DNA of 64,000 nucleotides from the human T2T-CHM13v2.0 reference genome, Homo sapiens, in assembly GCF_009914755.1 (NCBI RefSeq), contig NC_060926.1; one strand, given 5' to 3'. Position 1 is the stretch's first letter, and the number at the start of each line of letters is the position of its first letter. Position numbers and translations under genes: made by a program. A model generated the notes under the pieces. The model ran no database searches. It was not told the origin of the DNA and was given only the letters and a program-made list of their open reading frames with translations. Positions 28,036-41,018 of this stretch are shown piece by piece.

Positions 28036-28945
28036 CTTTTCGATACACCATCTGCAGTGGAACCACCATCAAAATGCAGATTTTTACAAAAACTCTTACA
28101 GAGAAGACCATCACCCTGGAGGTTGAAACTTCAGATACAATAGAAAATGTAAAGGCCAAGATCCAGGATAAGGAAGGAAATCTGCCTGGTTAGCAAAGAC
28201 TTATCTTTGCTGGTAAGCAACTGGAAGATGGATGGTATGGTTTGGCTCTGTGTCCCCACCCAAATCTCATCTTGAATTGTAGCTCCCATAATTCCCATTT
28301 GCTGTAGGAGGGACCTGGTGGGAGATAACTGAATCATGGGGGTGTTTTCCCTCATACTGTGCTCATGGTAGTGAGTAAGTCTCATGAGATCTGATGGTTT
28401 TATAAGGGGTTTCCACTTTCGTTTGGCTCTCATTCTCTCTTGCCTGCCACCATGTAAGATGTGCCTTTCACCTTCCACCATGATTGTGAGGCCTCCCCAG
28501 CCATGTGGAACTGTGAGTTCATTACACCTCTTTTTCTTTACAAATTACCCAGTCTTGGGTATATCTTTATCAGCAGCATGAAAACACACTAATAAAAATG
28601 GGCATCCTTTGTCTAACTACAACATTCACAAGGAGTCTACTCTTTGTCTCATGCTGAGACTTTGTAGTGGCTCTAAGAAAAGGAAGAAGTCTTACACCCC
28701 TCCCAAAAACAATAAGAAGGTGAAGCTGACTGTCCTGAAATACTATAGGATGGATGACAATGGCAAAATTAGTAGCCTCCGTCAGGAGTGTCCTTCAGAT
28801 GAATGTGGTCCTAGAGTTTTTATGGCCAGCCACTTTGACACATTATTGTGGCACAGGGTGTCTGACTTATCGCTTCAACAAACCAGAAGACAAGTGATTG
28901 TGTATGAGTTAATAAAAAACATGAACTAACAACAATAACAAAAAG
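28036..28945 (+). pseudogene. RPS27A: Ubiquitin-ribosomal protein S27a processed pseudogene, interrupted by THE1 LTR
   Basis: 5'UTR cttttcgat..., ATG at 28074 ([35 protein letters not shown]), in-frame TAG; resumes at 28603 ([12 protein letters not shown]...KKRKKSYT...ECPSDECG...NKPEDK*, TGA 28895-28897); intronless, AATAAA at 28911, A-rich tail, TSD-like aagaaaac(t)aag. Confidence 0.97.
28233..28597 (+). mobile_element. THE1 (MaLR) solo LTR
   Basis: tggtatggtttggctctgtgtccccacccaaatctcatc...cagcagcatgaaaacacactaata; 5-bp TSD atgga/atggg inside the ubiquitin codons. Confidence 0.92.
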
Positions 28946-29320
28946 AAAACTAAGTATACATCTTTCAACTGACAAAGCCAACAATGTAGGGAGCAAGAAT
29001 AAACTATCAAGGCAACAATAGTCCTCATTTTCTTGCTTCTCAATCTCCCACTGCAATCTGCACTTTAGTAGGGCATCTGGTTACCACTGATGAGTTGCTT
29101 TAACAAAAAGTCACCCCTGCTTCCTTGGTGAGAGCAATTTTCATGATTTAAAATTCCATTGGGGGAAAAAATATTACTAGGTATATCATGTTGCTAAATA
29201 TGTTCAGTAAAATCCATGGAATTGTTGTACAGAAGGACTACATTTTATTCGAAAGAAACTTCATGTGAATCTTTTCATCAAGAAAGTTGCCCCATCCCCA
29301 TCCTCTACCTACAGTTTTTC

Positions 29321-29645
29321 TTTTCTTTTTCCTTTTTTTTTTTTTTTTTTTGAGATGGAGACTCGCTCTGTCACCCAGGCTGGAGTGCAGTGGCGCAATC
29401 TTGGCTCACTGGCTCACTGCAAGCTCTGCCTCGTGGGTTCATGCCATTTTCCTGCCTCAGCCTCCTGAGTAGCTGGGACTACAGGCACCTGCCACCACAG
29501 CCAGCTAATTTTTTGTATTTTTTTTTTAGTGGAGACGGGGTCTTACCATGTTATCCAGGATGGTCTTGATCTCCTGACCTTGTGATCTGCCTGCCTTGGC
29601 TGCCCAAAGTGCTGGGATTACAGGCGTGAGCCACCACGCCCAGCC
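29321..29645 (-). mobile_element. Alu (AluY-like)
   Basis: TSD tacctacagtttttc at 29306-29320 and 29646-29660; internal duplication of ggctcact. Confidence 0.95.
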
Positions 29646-29776
29646 TACCTACAGTTTTTCTTTGTGATAGTTGGAATTTTCAAATATTCAGCTTTCTGAA
29701 AGAGAGGTATATTAAGAATTAAAAGTGCATGAAAAAGAGACAGAGAGAGTATAGCAACAGCAACAAGAACGGTCAC

Positions 29777-30189
29777 TGTCAGGCCTCTGAGCCCAAGCTA
29801 AGCCATCATATCCCCTGTGACCTGCACGTACACATCCAGATGGCTGGTTCCTGCCTTAACTGATGACATTCCACCACAAAAGAAGTGAAAATGGCCTGTT
29901 CCTGCCTTAACTGATGACATTGTCTTGTGAAATTCCTTTTCCTGGCTCATCCTGGCTCAAAAGCTCCCCCACTGAGAACATTGTGACCTCCACTTTGCCC
30001 GCCGGAGGACAACCCCCCTTTGACTGTAATTTTCCTTTACTTACCCAAATCCTATAAAATGGCCCCACCCCTATCTCCCTTCACTGACTCTCTTTTCGGA
30101 CTCAGCCCACCTGCACCCAGGTGAAATAAACAGCTTTATTGCTCACACAAAGCCTGTTTGGTGGTCTCTTCACACAGACACGCATGAAA
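29777..30189 (+). mobile_element. HERV-H 5' LTR (LTR7)
   Basis: tgtcaggcctctgagcccaagc...catgaaa; two copies of ttcctgccttaactgatgacatt, TATA cctataaaa, GT-box ccccacccc, AATAAA. Confidence 0.97.
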
Positions 30190-30191
30190 TT

Positions 30192-30209
30192 TGGTGCTGT
30201 GACTCGGAT
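30192..30209 (+). promoter_or_regulatory. Primer binding site, tRNA-His
   Basis: TGGTGCTGTGACTCGGAT versus the tRNA-His complement TGGTGCCGTGACTCGGAT (1 mismatch). Confidence 0.95.
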
Positions 30210-30789
30210 CGGGGGACCACCCTTGGGAGATCAATCCCCTGTCCTCCTGTTCTTTGTTCCAAGAGAAAGATCCACCTACGACCTTGGTCCTCAGACCGAC
30301 CAGCCCAAGAAACATCTCACCAATTTCAAATCCAGTAAGCGGCCTCTTTTTACTCTCTTCTCCAACCTCCCTCACTATCCCTCAACTTCTTTCTCCTTTC
30401 AATCTTGGCACCACACTTCAATCTCTCCTTTCTTTTAATTTCAATTCCTTTCATTTTCTGGTAGAGACAAAGGAGACACGTTTTATCTGTGGACCCAAAA
30501 CTCCGGCACCAGTCACGGACTGAGAAGGCAGCCTTCCCTTGGTGTTTAATCATTGCAGGGACACCTCTCTGATTATTCACCCAGGTTTCAGAGGTGTCAG
30601 ACCACGCAGGGACGCCTGCCTTGGTCCTTCACCCTTAATGGCAAGTCCCGCTTTTCTGGGGGAGGGTCAAGTACCCCAACCCCTTCTCTCCATGTCTCTA
30701 CCTCTTCTCCGCCTTTCTGGGGGGCAAGAAACCCCCAACCCCTTCTCCTTCACCCTTAGCAGCAAGTCTCACTTTTCTAGGGGAGGGGC

Positions 30790-31000
30790 AAGTACCCCAA
30801 CCTCATATCTCTGTGCCCCATCCCTTCTTTCCGCACCCCGAACCCTTATATCTCTGCACCCTAATCCCTTATTTCCCTTCCCCAACCTCTTATATCTCTG
30901 TGCCCTGATCCCTTATTTCTGTACCCCAACCTCTTATATCTCTGTGCCCCAATCCCTTATTTCCACGCCCCAACCTCATATCTCTGTGCCCCGACCCCTT
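30790..31000 (+). repeat. HERV-H leader tandem repeat (~34 bp unit, ~6 copies)
   Basis: Repeated ccccaacctc(t)atatctctgtgcccc...cccttatttc units. Confidence 0.8.
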
Positions 31001-31948
31001 TCCCACTTTTCTGGAGGGTAAAAACCCCCAAACCCCTTCCCTCTGTGTCTCTACCCTCTCTTTTCTCTGGGCTTGCCTCCTTCACTATGGGCAACCTTCC
31101 ACCCTCCATTCCTCCTTCTTCTCCCTTAGCCTGTGTTCTTAAGAACTTAAAACCTCTTCAACTCTCACCTGACCAAAATCTAAGCATCTTATTTTCTTCT
31201 GCAATGCCGCTTGACCCCAATACAAACTCTACAGTAGTTCCAAATAGCCAGAAAATGGCACTTTCAATTTTTCCATCCTGCAAGATCTAAATAATTCTTG
31301 TCGTAAAATAGGCAAACAGTCTGAGGAGCCTGACGTCCAGGCATTCTTTTACACATCGGTCCCTTCCTAGTCTCTGTGCCCAATGCAACTCGTCCCAAAT
31401 CTTCCTTCTTTCCCTCCTGCCTGTCCCCTCAGTCCCAACCCCAAGAGTCACTGAGTCTTTCTAATCTTCCTTTTCTACAGACTTATCTGACCTCTCCCCT
31501 CCTGGCCAGGCTGAGCTAGGTCCCAATTCTTCCTTAGCCTCCGCTCCTGCACCCTATAATCATTTTATCACCTCCCCTCCTAACACCTGGTCTGGCTTAC
31601 AGTTTCGTTCCATGTCTAGCCCTCCCCCACCTGCCCAGCAATTTACTCTTAAAAGGGTGGCTGAAGCTAAAGGCATAGTCAAGGTTAATGCTCCTTTTTC
31701 TTTATCCCAAGTCAGATAGCGTTTAGGCTCTTTTTCACCAAATATAAAAATCCAGCCAAATTCATGACTCCTTTGGCAGCAACCCTGAGATGATGCTTTA
31801 CAGCCCTAGACCCTAAAAGGTCAAAAGGGCGTCTTATCCTCAAAATACATTTTATTACCCAATCTGCTCCCGACATTAAATAAAACTCCAAAAATTAAAT
31901 TCCGGCCCTCAAACCCCACAACAGGATTTAATTAACCTCGCTTTCAAG

Positions 31949-32281
31949 GTGTACAATAATAGAAAAAAGTTGCAATTCCTTGCCTCCACTGTGAGACAAA
32001 CCCCAGCCACATCTCCAGCACATGAGAACTTCCAAACGCCTGAACTGCAGTGGCCAGGTATTCCTCCAGAACCTCCTCCCCCAGGAGCTTGCTACAAGTG
32101 CCAGAAATCTGGCCACCAGGCCAAGGAATGCCTGCAGCCCAGGAGTTCTCCTAAGCCGCGTCCCATCTGTGCGGGACCCCACTGGAAATCGGACTGTCCA
32201 ACTCACCTGGCAGCCACTCCCAGAGCCCCTGGAACTCTGGCCCAAGGCTCTCTGACTCCTTCCAAGATCTTCTTGGCTTAG
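31949..32281 (+). pseudogene. gag: HERV-H gag nucleocapsid remnant
   Basis: Zinc knuckle CYKCQKSGHQAKEC; second knuckle degenerate (RPICAGPHWKSDC). Confidence 0.9.
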
Positions 32282-32339
32282 CAGCTGAAGACTGACGCTG
32301 CCCGATCACCTCGGAAGCCCCCTAGACCGTCACGGACGC

Positions 32340-32640
32340 CGAGCTTCAGGTAACTCTTACAGTGGAAGGTAAGTCCGTCCCCTTCTTAGTCAATACGGAG
32401 GCTACCCACTCCACATTACCTTCTTTTCAAGGGCCTGTTTCCCTTGCCTCCATAACTGTTGTGGGTATTGACAGCCAGGCTTCTAAACCTCTTAAAACTC
32501 CCCAACTCTGGTGCCAACTTAGACAATACTCTTTTAAGCACTCCTTTTAATTATCCCCACCTGCCCAGTTCCCTTATTAGGCCGAAACACTTTAACTAAA
32601 TTATCTGCTTCCCTGACTATTCCTGGATTACAGCTACATC
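32340..32640 (+). pseudogene. pro: HERV-H protease remnant
   Basis: VEGKSVPFLVNTEATHSTL (catalytic DTG changed to NTE), ITVVGID; frameshift before IPTCPVPLL. Confidence 0.85.
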
Positions 32641-32643
32641 TCA

Positions 32644-34470
32644 TTGCTGCCCTTCTTCCCAATCCAAAGCCTCCTTTGTGTTCTCCTCTTGTATTCCCCC
32701 ACCTTAACCCTCAAGTATATCTCTACTCCCTCCTTGGCGACCGATCATGCACCCCTTACCATCTCATTAAAACCTAATCACCCTTACCCTGCTCAATGCC
32801 AATATCCCATCCCACAGCATGCTTTGAAAGGATTAAAGCCTGCTATCACTCGCCTGCTACAGCATGGCCTTTTAAAGCCTATAAACTCTCCTTACAATTC
32901 CCCCATTTTACCTGTCCTAGAACCAGAGAAGATTTACAGGTTAGTTCAGGATCTGCGCCTTATCAACCAAATTGTTTTGCCTATCCACCCCGTGGTGCCA
33001 AACCCATATACTCTCCTATCCTCAATACCTCCCTCCACAATCCATTATTCTGTTCTGGATCTCAAACGTGCTTTCTTTACTATTCCTTTGTACCCTTCAT
33101 CCCAGCCTCTCTTCGCTTTCACTTGGACTGACCCTGACACCCTTCAGGCTCAGCAAATTACCTGGGCTGTACTGCCGCAAAGCTTCACAGACAGCCCCCA
33201 TTACTTCAGTCAAGCCCAAATTTCTTCCTTATCTGTTACCTATCTCAGCATAATTCTCATAAAAACACACACGCTCTCCCTGCTGATCATGTCCGATTAA
33301 TCTCCCAAACCTCAATCCCTTACAAAACAACAACTCCTTTCCTTCCTAGGCATGGTTAGTGCGGTCAGAATTCTTACACAAGAGCCAGGACCACACCCTG
33401 TAGCCTTTCTGTCCAAACAACTTGACCTTACTGTTTTAGCCTAGCTCTCATGTCTCCATGCAGCGGCTGCTGCCGCCCTAATACTTTTAGAGGCCCTCAA
33501 AATCACAAACTATGCTCAACTTACTCTCTACATTTCTCATGACTTCCAAAATCTGTTTTCTTCCTCATACCTGAAGCATACACTTTCTGTGCCCTGGCTC
33601 CTTCAGCTGTACTCACTCTTTGTTAAGTCCCACAATTACCACTGTTCCTGGCCCGGACTTCAATCCGGCCTCCCACATTATTCCTGATACCACACCTGAC
33701 CCCCATGACTGTATCTCTCTGATCCACCTGACATTCACCCCATTACCCCATATTTCCTTCTTTCCTGTTCCTCACCCTGATCATGCTTGATTTATTGATG
33801 GCGGTTCCACCAGGCCTAATCGCCACACACCAGCAAAGGCAGGCTATGCTATAGTACAAGCCACTAGCCTGCCTCTTAGAACCTCTCATTTCCTTTCCAT
33901 CGTGGAAATCTATCCTCAAGGAAATAACTTCTCAGTGTTCCATCTGCTATTCTACTACTGCTCAGGGATTATTCAGGCCCCCTCTCTTCCCTACACATCA
34001 AGCTCGAGGATTTGCCCCCACCCAGGACTGGCAAATGAGCTTTACTCAACATGCCCCGAGTCAGATAACTAAAATACCTCTTAATCTAGGTAGACACTTT
34101 CACTGGATAGGTACAGCCCTTTCCTACAGAGTCTAAGAGGCCACCGCAGTCATTTCTTCCCTTCTGTCAGACACAATTCCTCAGTTTAGCCTTCCCACCT
34201 CTATACAGTCTGATAACAGACCAGCCTTTATTAGTCAAATCAGCCAAGCAGTTTTTCAGGCTCTTAGTATTCAGTGAAATCTTTATATCCCTTATGGTCC
34301 TCCATCTTCAGGAAAAGTAGAACGGACTAAAGGTCTTTTAAAAACACACCTCACCAAGCTCAGCCACCAACTTAAAAAGGACTGGACAATACTTTTACCA
34401 CTTTTGCTTCTCAGCATTCAGGCCTGTCCTCAGAATGCTACAAGGTACAGCCCATTTGAGCTCCTTTTTA
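32644..34470 (+). pseudogene. pol: HERV-H pol remnant (partial RT, RNaseH start, integrase)
   Basis: SPYNSPILPV, YRLVQDLRLIN, VLDLKRAFF, FAFTWTDP, WAVLPQSF; YxDD region deleted; later FIDGGS and IQSDNRPAF motifs with stops. Confidence 0.9.
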
Positions 34471-35083
34471 TTAGGCCCCAGTCTCATTCCAGACACCAGA
34501 CCAACTTAGACTGTGCCCCAAAAAACTTGTCATCCCTACTATCTTCTGTCTAGTCATACTCCTATTCACCGTTCTCAACTACTCATACATACCCTGCTCT
34601 TGTTTACCCTGCCAGTTTACACTGTTTCTCCAAGCCATCACAGCTGGTATCTCCTCGTGCTATCCCTAAACTGCCACTCTTAACTCTTAAAGTAAATAAA
34701 TAATCTTTACTGGCAAGGCTATGCTGAGCCTCCTTAGGCACTCTCTAATTAGATGTCCTAGGTCCTCCCAATTCTTAGTCCTTTAATACCTGTTTTTCTC
34801 CTTATCTTATTCCGTTTAGTTTTTCAATTCATACAAAACTGTATCCAGGCCATCACCAATAATTCTAAATGACAAATGTTCCTTCTAACAACCCCACAAT
34901 ATCACCCCTTACCACAAAATCTTCCTTCAGCTTAATCTCTCCCACTCTAGGTTCCCATGCCACCCCTAATCCCGCTCAAAGTAGCCCTGAGAAACATCGC
35001 CCATTATCTCTCCATACCATCCCCCAAAATTTTCACTGTCCCAACACTTTACCACTATTTCATTTTATTTTTCTTATTAATAT

Positions 35084-35096
35084 AAGAAGACAGGAA
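35084..35096 (+). promoter_or_regulatory. Polypurine tract
   Basis: aagaagacaggaa immediately before the 3' LTR. Confidence 0.85.
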
Positions 35097-35509
35097 TGTC
35101 AGGCCTCTGAGCCCAAGCTAAGCCATCATATCCCCTGTGACCTGCACATACACATCCAGATGGCCGGTTCCTGCCTTAACTGATGATATTCCACCACAAA
35201 AGAAGTGAAAATGGCCTGTTCCTGCCTTAACTGATGACATTGTCTTGTGAAATTCCTTCTCCTGGCTCATCCTGGCTCAAAAGCTCCCCCACTGAGTACC
35301 TTGCGACCCCCACTCTGCCAGCCAGAGAACAACCCCCCTTTGACTGTAATTTTCCTTTACCTACCCAAATCCTATAAAATGGCCCCACCCCTATCTCCCT
35401 TTGCTGACTCTCTTTTCGGACTCAGCCCACCTGCACCCACGTGAAACAAACAGCTTTATTGCTCACACAAAGCCTGTTTGGTGGTCTCTTCACACGGATG
35501 CACATGAAA
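35097..35509 (+). mobile_element. HERV-H 3' LTR (LTR7)
   Basis: Colinear with the 5' LTR, about 21 substitutions in 413 bp by manual count; AATAAA changed to AACAAA. Confidence 0.97.
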
Positions 35510-35676
35510 GTCATGAAAAGAAAAGCCTTCAGGTTACCCTGCTGGTTGGCTGTGCCCTTTAATTCTGTGTTCTGGAAGTAAGCAGAAGGCCTCGAGTTCT
35601 CTGGGTATAAGTAACGCAGGGGACAGTCAGGACATTGAGTTTCTACTGGCAACTGTCACCCTTCAATCATTAGAAA

Positions 35677-35931
<255 letters not shown>

Positions 35932-36607
35932 TCACTGTTAATGAAATATCTCTGTAGAAAGAAAAACATGCTTTTAGGTCATTAATTTGCCATGCCCTGA
36001 GATTTGTTTGTGATTTGTGATAACTGGGTGGCAGCATAATTTGGTTTGTCAGAGCAAAGATTTGGATGAAGCAGGTTCACTGTGCACTGATGACCAATGT
36101 GTCTGAGTCCAGCGAGGTGGAACACCCAACGTACAAGTTACATGAAGCAGGTCTTTACTTACAGGTAGACAATTAGGGATAGCAGAAGGCTAGGAGTCAT
36201 TCTGAGCTGGCCCCTCAAACTCAGGAAAGCTGCTCATTTGTGTCGCCTCATTTGCACAGCAGCTCAGGAACTGTGAAAGTTGCATACTTCCGAGCCCGTG
36301 TCCTGCTGGGCTAAAGGGCTGAAGGCCATCCTGTCTCTAAGGGAGAGACGAACAGAGCTCAGGCTGTCCTGGCCTGTTCCTTCCCTATCTCAGAATGTTA
36401 CATTCCCTGCATATTCTACAGTTATTCTCGAGAACTTCAAGTAAGAAAGTGGGGAGAACCGGGTCAGTCCAAAGCCACCTGGAGAAATGTCCTTAGATTA
36501 TGGGTCCTGAGAGCCCCCTAAATCAATGACACTGCACAAGCTACTATGCGTATACATTGGGCACATTTATTTTTTGCTTTTTAATTTAAAAATTTTCCAA
36601 CAGATAC

Positions 36608-37160
36608 TGTTATCAGAACGGGGTCCTGATCCAGACACCAAGAGAGGGTTCTCAGATCTCCTGCAAGAAAGAATTCAGGGTGCGTCCACAGAGTGAAGTG
36701 AAAGCAAGTTTATTTGGAAAGTAAAGGAATAAAAGAGTGGCTACTCCATAAACAGAACAGCTCTGAGGGCCACTGGTTGCCCATTTTTATAGTTATTTCT
36801 TGATTATATGCTAAACAATGGGTGGATTATTCACACATCCTCTTTTTAGACCATACAGGATAACTACCTGACATTGCCATGGCACCCATAAACTGTCATG
36901 GTGCTGGTGGGAGTGTAGCAGTGAGGATGACCGGAGGTCACTCTCATTGCCATCTTGGTTTTGGTAGGTTTTAGCTGGCTTGTTTACTGCAACCTGTTTT
37001 ATCAGCAAGGTCTTTATAACCTGTATCTTGTGCTGACCTCCTATCTCATCCTATGACTTAGAATCCCTAACCATCTGGGAATGCAGTCCAGTAGGTCTCA
37101 ACCTCATTTTACCCAGATCCTGTTCAAGATGGAGTTGGTCTGGTTCAAACACCTCTGACA
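36608..37160 (-). mobile_element. MER41 solo LTR (MER41A-like)
   Basis: Minus strand begins tgtcagaggtgtttgaaccaga..ccatcttgaa and ends gatcaggacccc..taaca; 553 bp; flanks atac/acac. Confidence 0.85.
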
Positions 37161-37211
37161 ACACTACAGTACAAAAACCAAAATAATGAATCTCCATGTG
37201 CTCATCACCCA

Positions 37212-37734
37212 GTATGGCAGGTTGAAAAATAGCTCCCAAAGATATCCACGCCCTAATCCATGCAACCGTTGAATGTTTCTTTATATGGAAAAATGTTCTT
37301 TTCAGATGTGATTACATTAAGGATCTTGAAATGGAGTGAGTAGCCTGGGTTATCCAAGTGGGTCCTTTTATGTAATCACAAGTATCCTTTTAAGAGGGAG
37401 GCAGAGGGAAACTTAACTTCAGACAAAAGAGAAGAAGCCGTTTGATGGAAGCAATGGGAAGCAGAGTCGGAAGATATTACGTTGCTGGCTTTAAAGATGG
37501 AGCAACGGGCCATGAGCTAAGGATGCAAGGAATACAGCTCAGGATGCAGGAAAAGTCAAAGAAATGGATTCTCAACTACAGCCTCTAGCGGGATCAGTCC
37601 TTGCAGGCACCACAACTGCAGACCAGTGAAACTGATTTTGCCCTTGACCTCCAGAACTGTTGGAGAATAAATAAGTGTTGACTTAAGTCACCAAGTTTGT
37701 GGTAACTATTGCAGCAGTCATAGGCAACTAATAC
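37212..37734 (+). mobile_element. MLT1 (MaLR) LTR
   Basis: cccaaagatatccacgccctaatcc...ctccagaactgt...aagtcaccaagtttgtggtaact...aactaatac. Confidence 0.8.
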
Positions 37735-37764
37735 TCCAGTTTCAACTATTACCAAATTTTGGTG

Positions 37765-37788
37765 TCACACACACACACACACACACAC
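37765..37788. repeat. (CA)n microsatellite
   Basis: About 11 CA units. Confidence 0.9.
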
Positions 37789-38111
37789 TCACGCCCCAAC
37801 AGACACCCTATTGTATTATTTGAAGCACATCACATGCACAATAATACTTTATCCATAAATACTTCATTTTGTTTTATGAAACAATATGGGCTCAAACAAG
37901 TAAATAAGCATGGCCACAATAACACAAATAAAAATAATTAATAAAAAGTTATTAATATCAAATATCCCTTTGTGTTTCAAACTTCCAAATGCTCCCATCA
38001 TTGTTTTTTATATTTAAACATCATGTTAGTTTGTTTAAATCAGGATTCAAGCAAGGTCTACACATTGCAATTAGTTGATTTATCTCCTAATTATTGGATT
38101 TGTGGTTTTTG

Positions 38112-38305
38112 CTATGCTATCCAATATGGTAGTCACTAGTCATATGTGGCTATTTACATAAATCAATATAAATTGAACAGAATTTAAAAATCAGCTATTC
38201 AGCTCCTGGAGCTCATTAGCCACATTGCAATACTAACATGTGGCTCATAGCGACCTTAGTGAACAGACAGACATATGGAATATTTCCATCATCTCAGAAT
38301 GTTTG
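38112..38305. mobile_element. MER3-like hAT MITE
   Basis: ctatccaatatggtagtcactagtcatatgtggcta...catgtggctcatagcgacc...atttccatcat. Confidence 0.65.
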
Positions 38306-38489
38306 ATAGATTCTCCCTTGTTTTTTTTCTCTCTCTTTTTCTTTACTTCTTTCCTTTTTTCTTTGTCTCTGGTTTTCTGTCTTTCCTCACTTTTTTGGCC
38401 CAATAAAATCTCCTATGGTCTGAATTTTGCGTAGAGTATTTCCTTGATGTCATTTAACATATTTCTCTATCCCTTGTGCTTTTTTGTAA

Positions 38490-38961
<472 letters not shown>

Positions 38962-38977
38962 TAAAACTAACAGTTTA

Positions 38978-39316
<339 letters not shown>

Positions 39317-39835
39317 TTAATATAGCAAAAGGATTTAAGACAGCGCTGGGCACATAATAAGTCTTATATGGTATAATGTTCCTACTATTTTACTTACATA
39401 GAAGACTAGTGCTTATACTTGAAGTTTCAGACATGTTCCCTTGACAGTGAATCTAGATCTTCTGAAATATATATTCAGATATCAAGCCTTCCCTGGAGAT
39501 AAATGTAACTCAAGAGCAGAAATAAATGCTTTCTCCTTGAGGAACTCTGACTCTTCTATTATTTGGTTTTTATTGTGGAGCAGTGAAATAATTTGCATCT
39601 TCCTCGTTTCCACACAGGCTCAGATACTCACAGAAGCTGGGATAAGGATTTGAGAATTGATCTCAGCAAAGTTTCTCATCCTAGTCTTTTAAATTTTTTC
39701 CCCCTGAAGTTCAACGTTACATAGCTGTTTGAAGAGAGTTCAGCCTAAAATTTCTGACTTTTACAATCATCGGATCAGGGAATTCTTCCTTCTGAAAACC
39801 AAATAGCTCTTATTTTTCCCCCAATAATAATGCTG

Positions 39836-40120
39836 GGGCCAGACATGGTGGCCCACGCCTCTAATCTCAGCACTTTGGGAGGCCAATTGCTTGAGCCCAG
39901 GAGTTCAAGACCAGCTGGGCCAACACAGTGAGACCCCATCTCTACAAAAAAAATTAAAAATTAGCCTGGCATGATGACGTGTGCCTCCAGTCCTGGCTAC
40001 TCAGGGCAGTGAGTGGGGCCTGAAATGGGAGGATGGCTTGAACCTGGGAAGTTAGGACTGCAGGGAGCTGTGATGTGGCCACTCCAGCCTGGCTGACAGA
40101 GTGAGGCCCTGTCTCAAATC
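39836..40120 (+). mobile_element. Alu (AluJ-like), degenerate
   Basis: ggccagacatggtggcccacgcct...gagtgaggccctgtctc; TSD-like ataataatg. Confidence 0.85.
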
Positions 40121-40598
40121 ATAATAATGATGCTAGAAAATAAGCAATGATATTAGAGTTCTCAGTAATTTTTTTACTCCTTCCAATAATGCTAAGAATA
40201 TCTGAAAAAGTCTATTATCCGATATTTTACTGTTAAAAATAGAATGACTCAGTGTCTCCCACCTACCCCTTTCATGCTTGGCAAATAATATTTCTTGTCA
40301 ATACTAGAAGTTATTGTTTAAAAAGTTATGGGTGCTATAAGGGCAATCTTGGGGTAGAGAGAATGTTCTAGGTCTTGATTATGGTGGTAGTTACACAACT
40401 GTAACCATTTGTCAAAACATACAGAATTGTGCACTTAAAATGGCTATTTTATTATATGTAAATTATTCCACAATAAAGTTGATTTTTAAAAACTCATAGA
40501 AAATTGTTCTTAAAATGTAAGCATTTGATTGGATATAAATTATAGCTCAGTGAAGTTAATATACAAATCACAAATCATCGACTACCAAAAAAAATTTA

Positions 40599-40865
40599 CA
40601 GATGCAAAGTCTACACTCACTCCATCCCCAACTTAACAATGGTTCAACTTAGAATTTTTCAACTTTATGATGGTGTGAAAGCAATATGCATTCAGTAAAA
40701 CAGCAGTAAATTACATGAGATATTCAACACGTTATTATGAAATAGGTTTATGCTAGATGATTTTGCCCAACTGTAAGCTAAAGTAAGCATTGTGAGCATG
40801 TTTAAGCACATCATAGCTAAGCTAAGCTATGATGTTTAGTAGATTTTTGTGCCTGTATTAAATGC
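40599..40865 (-). mobile_element. MER47-like Tigger MITE
   Basis: ccccaacttaacaatggttcaactt...gatgattttgcccaactgta...gctaagctatgatgttt. Confidence 0.7.
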
Positions 40866-41018
40866 TTCTGTAGTGCATTAAGGAGAGAAAAGTATAATAA
40901 AAAGGGTCAAATTTGGAAAAAGAGAAAGAGCAGGAAGAATACTTATAAAGTCAGCAACTGCTGCCACAAAAATTGTGACCACCACGGAGGAAAGTTCACT
41001 GTGAGTCAGGCCTTACAC

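Larger units (their letters stand above)
29777..35509 (+). mobile_element. HERV-H provirus, two LTRs, common internally deleted ~5.7 kb form
   Basis: Two 413-bp LTR7 copies, tRNA-His PBS, gag/pro/pol remnants, PPT, TSD gtcac (29772-29776) / gtcat (35510-35514). Confidence 0.97.

Noticed and set aside
30790-31000. Regular ~34-bp repeats resembling an array
   Set aside because: No unique spacers; this is the HERV-H leader tandem repeat, not CRISPR.
32644-33300. 218-aa ORF as a functional reverse transcriptase
   Set aside because: The YxDD catalytic region is deleted and there is no true ATG start; it is a pol remnant.
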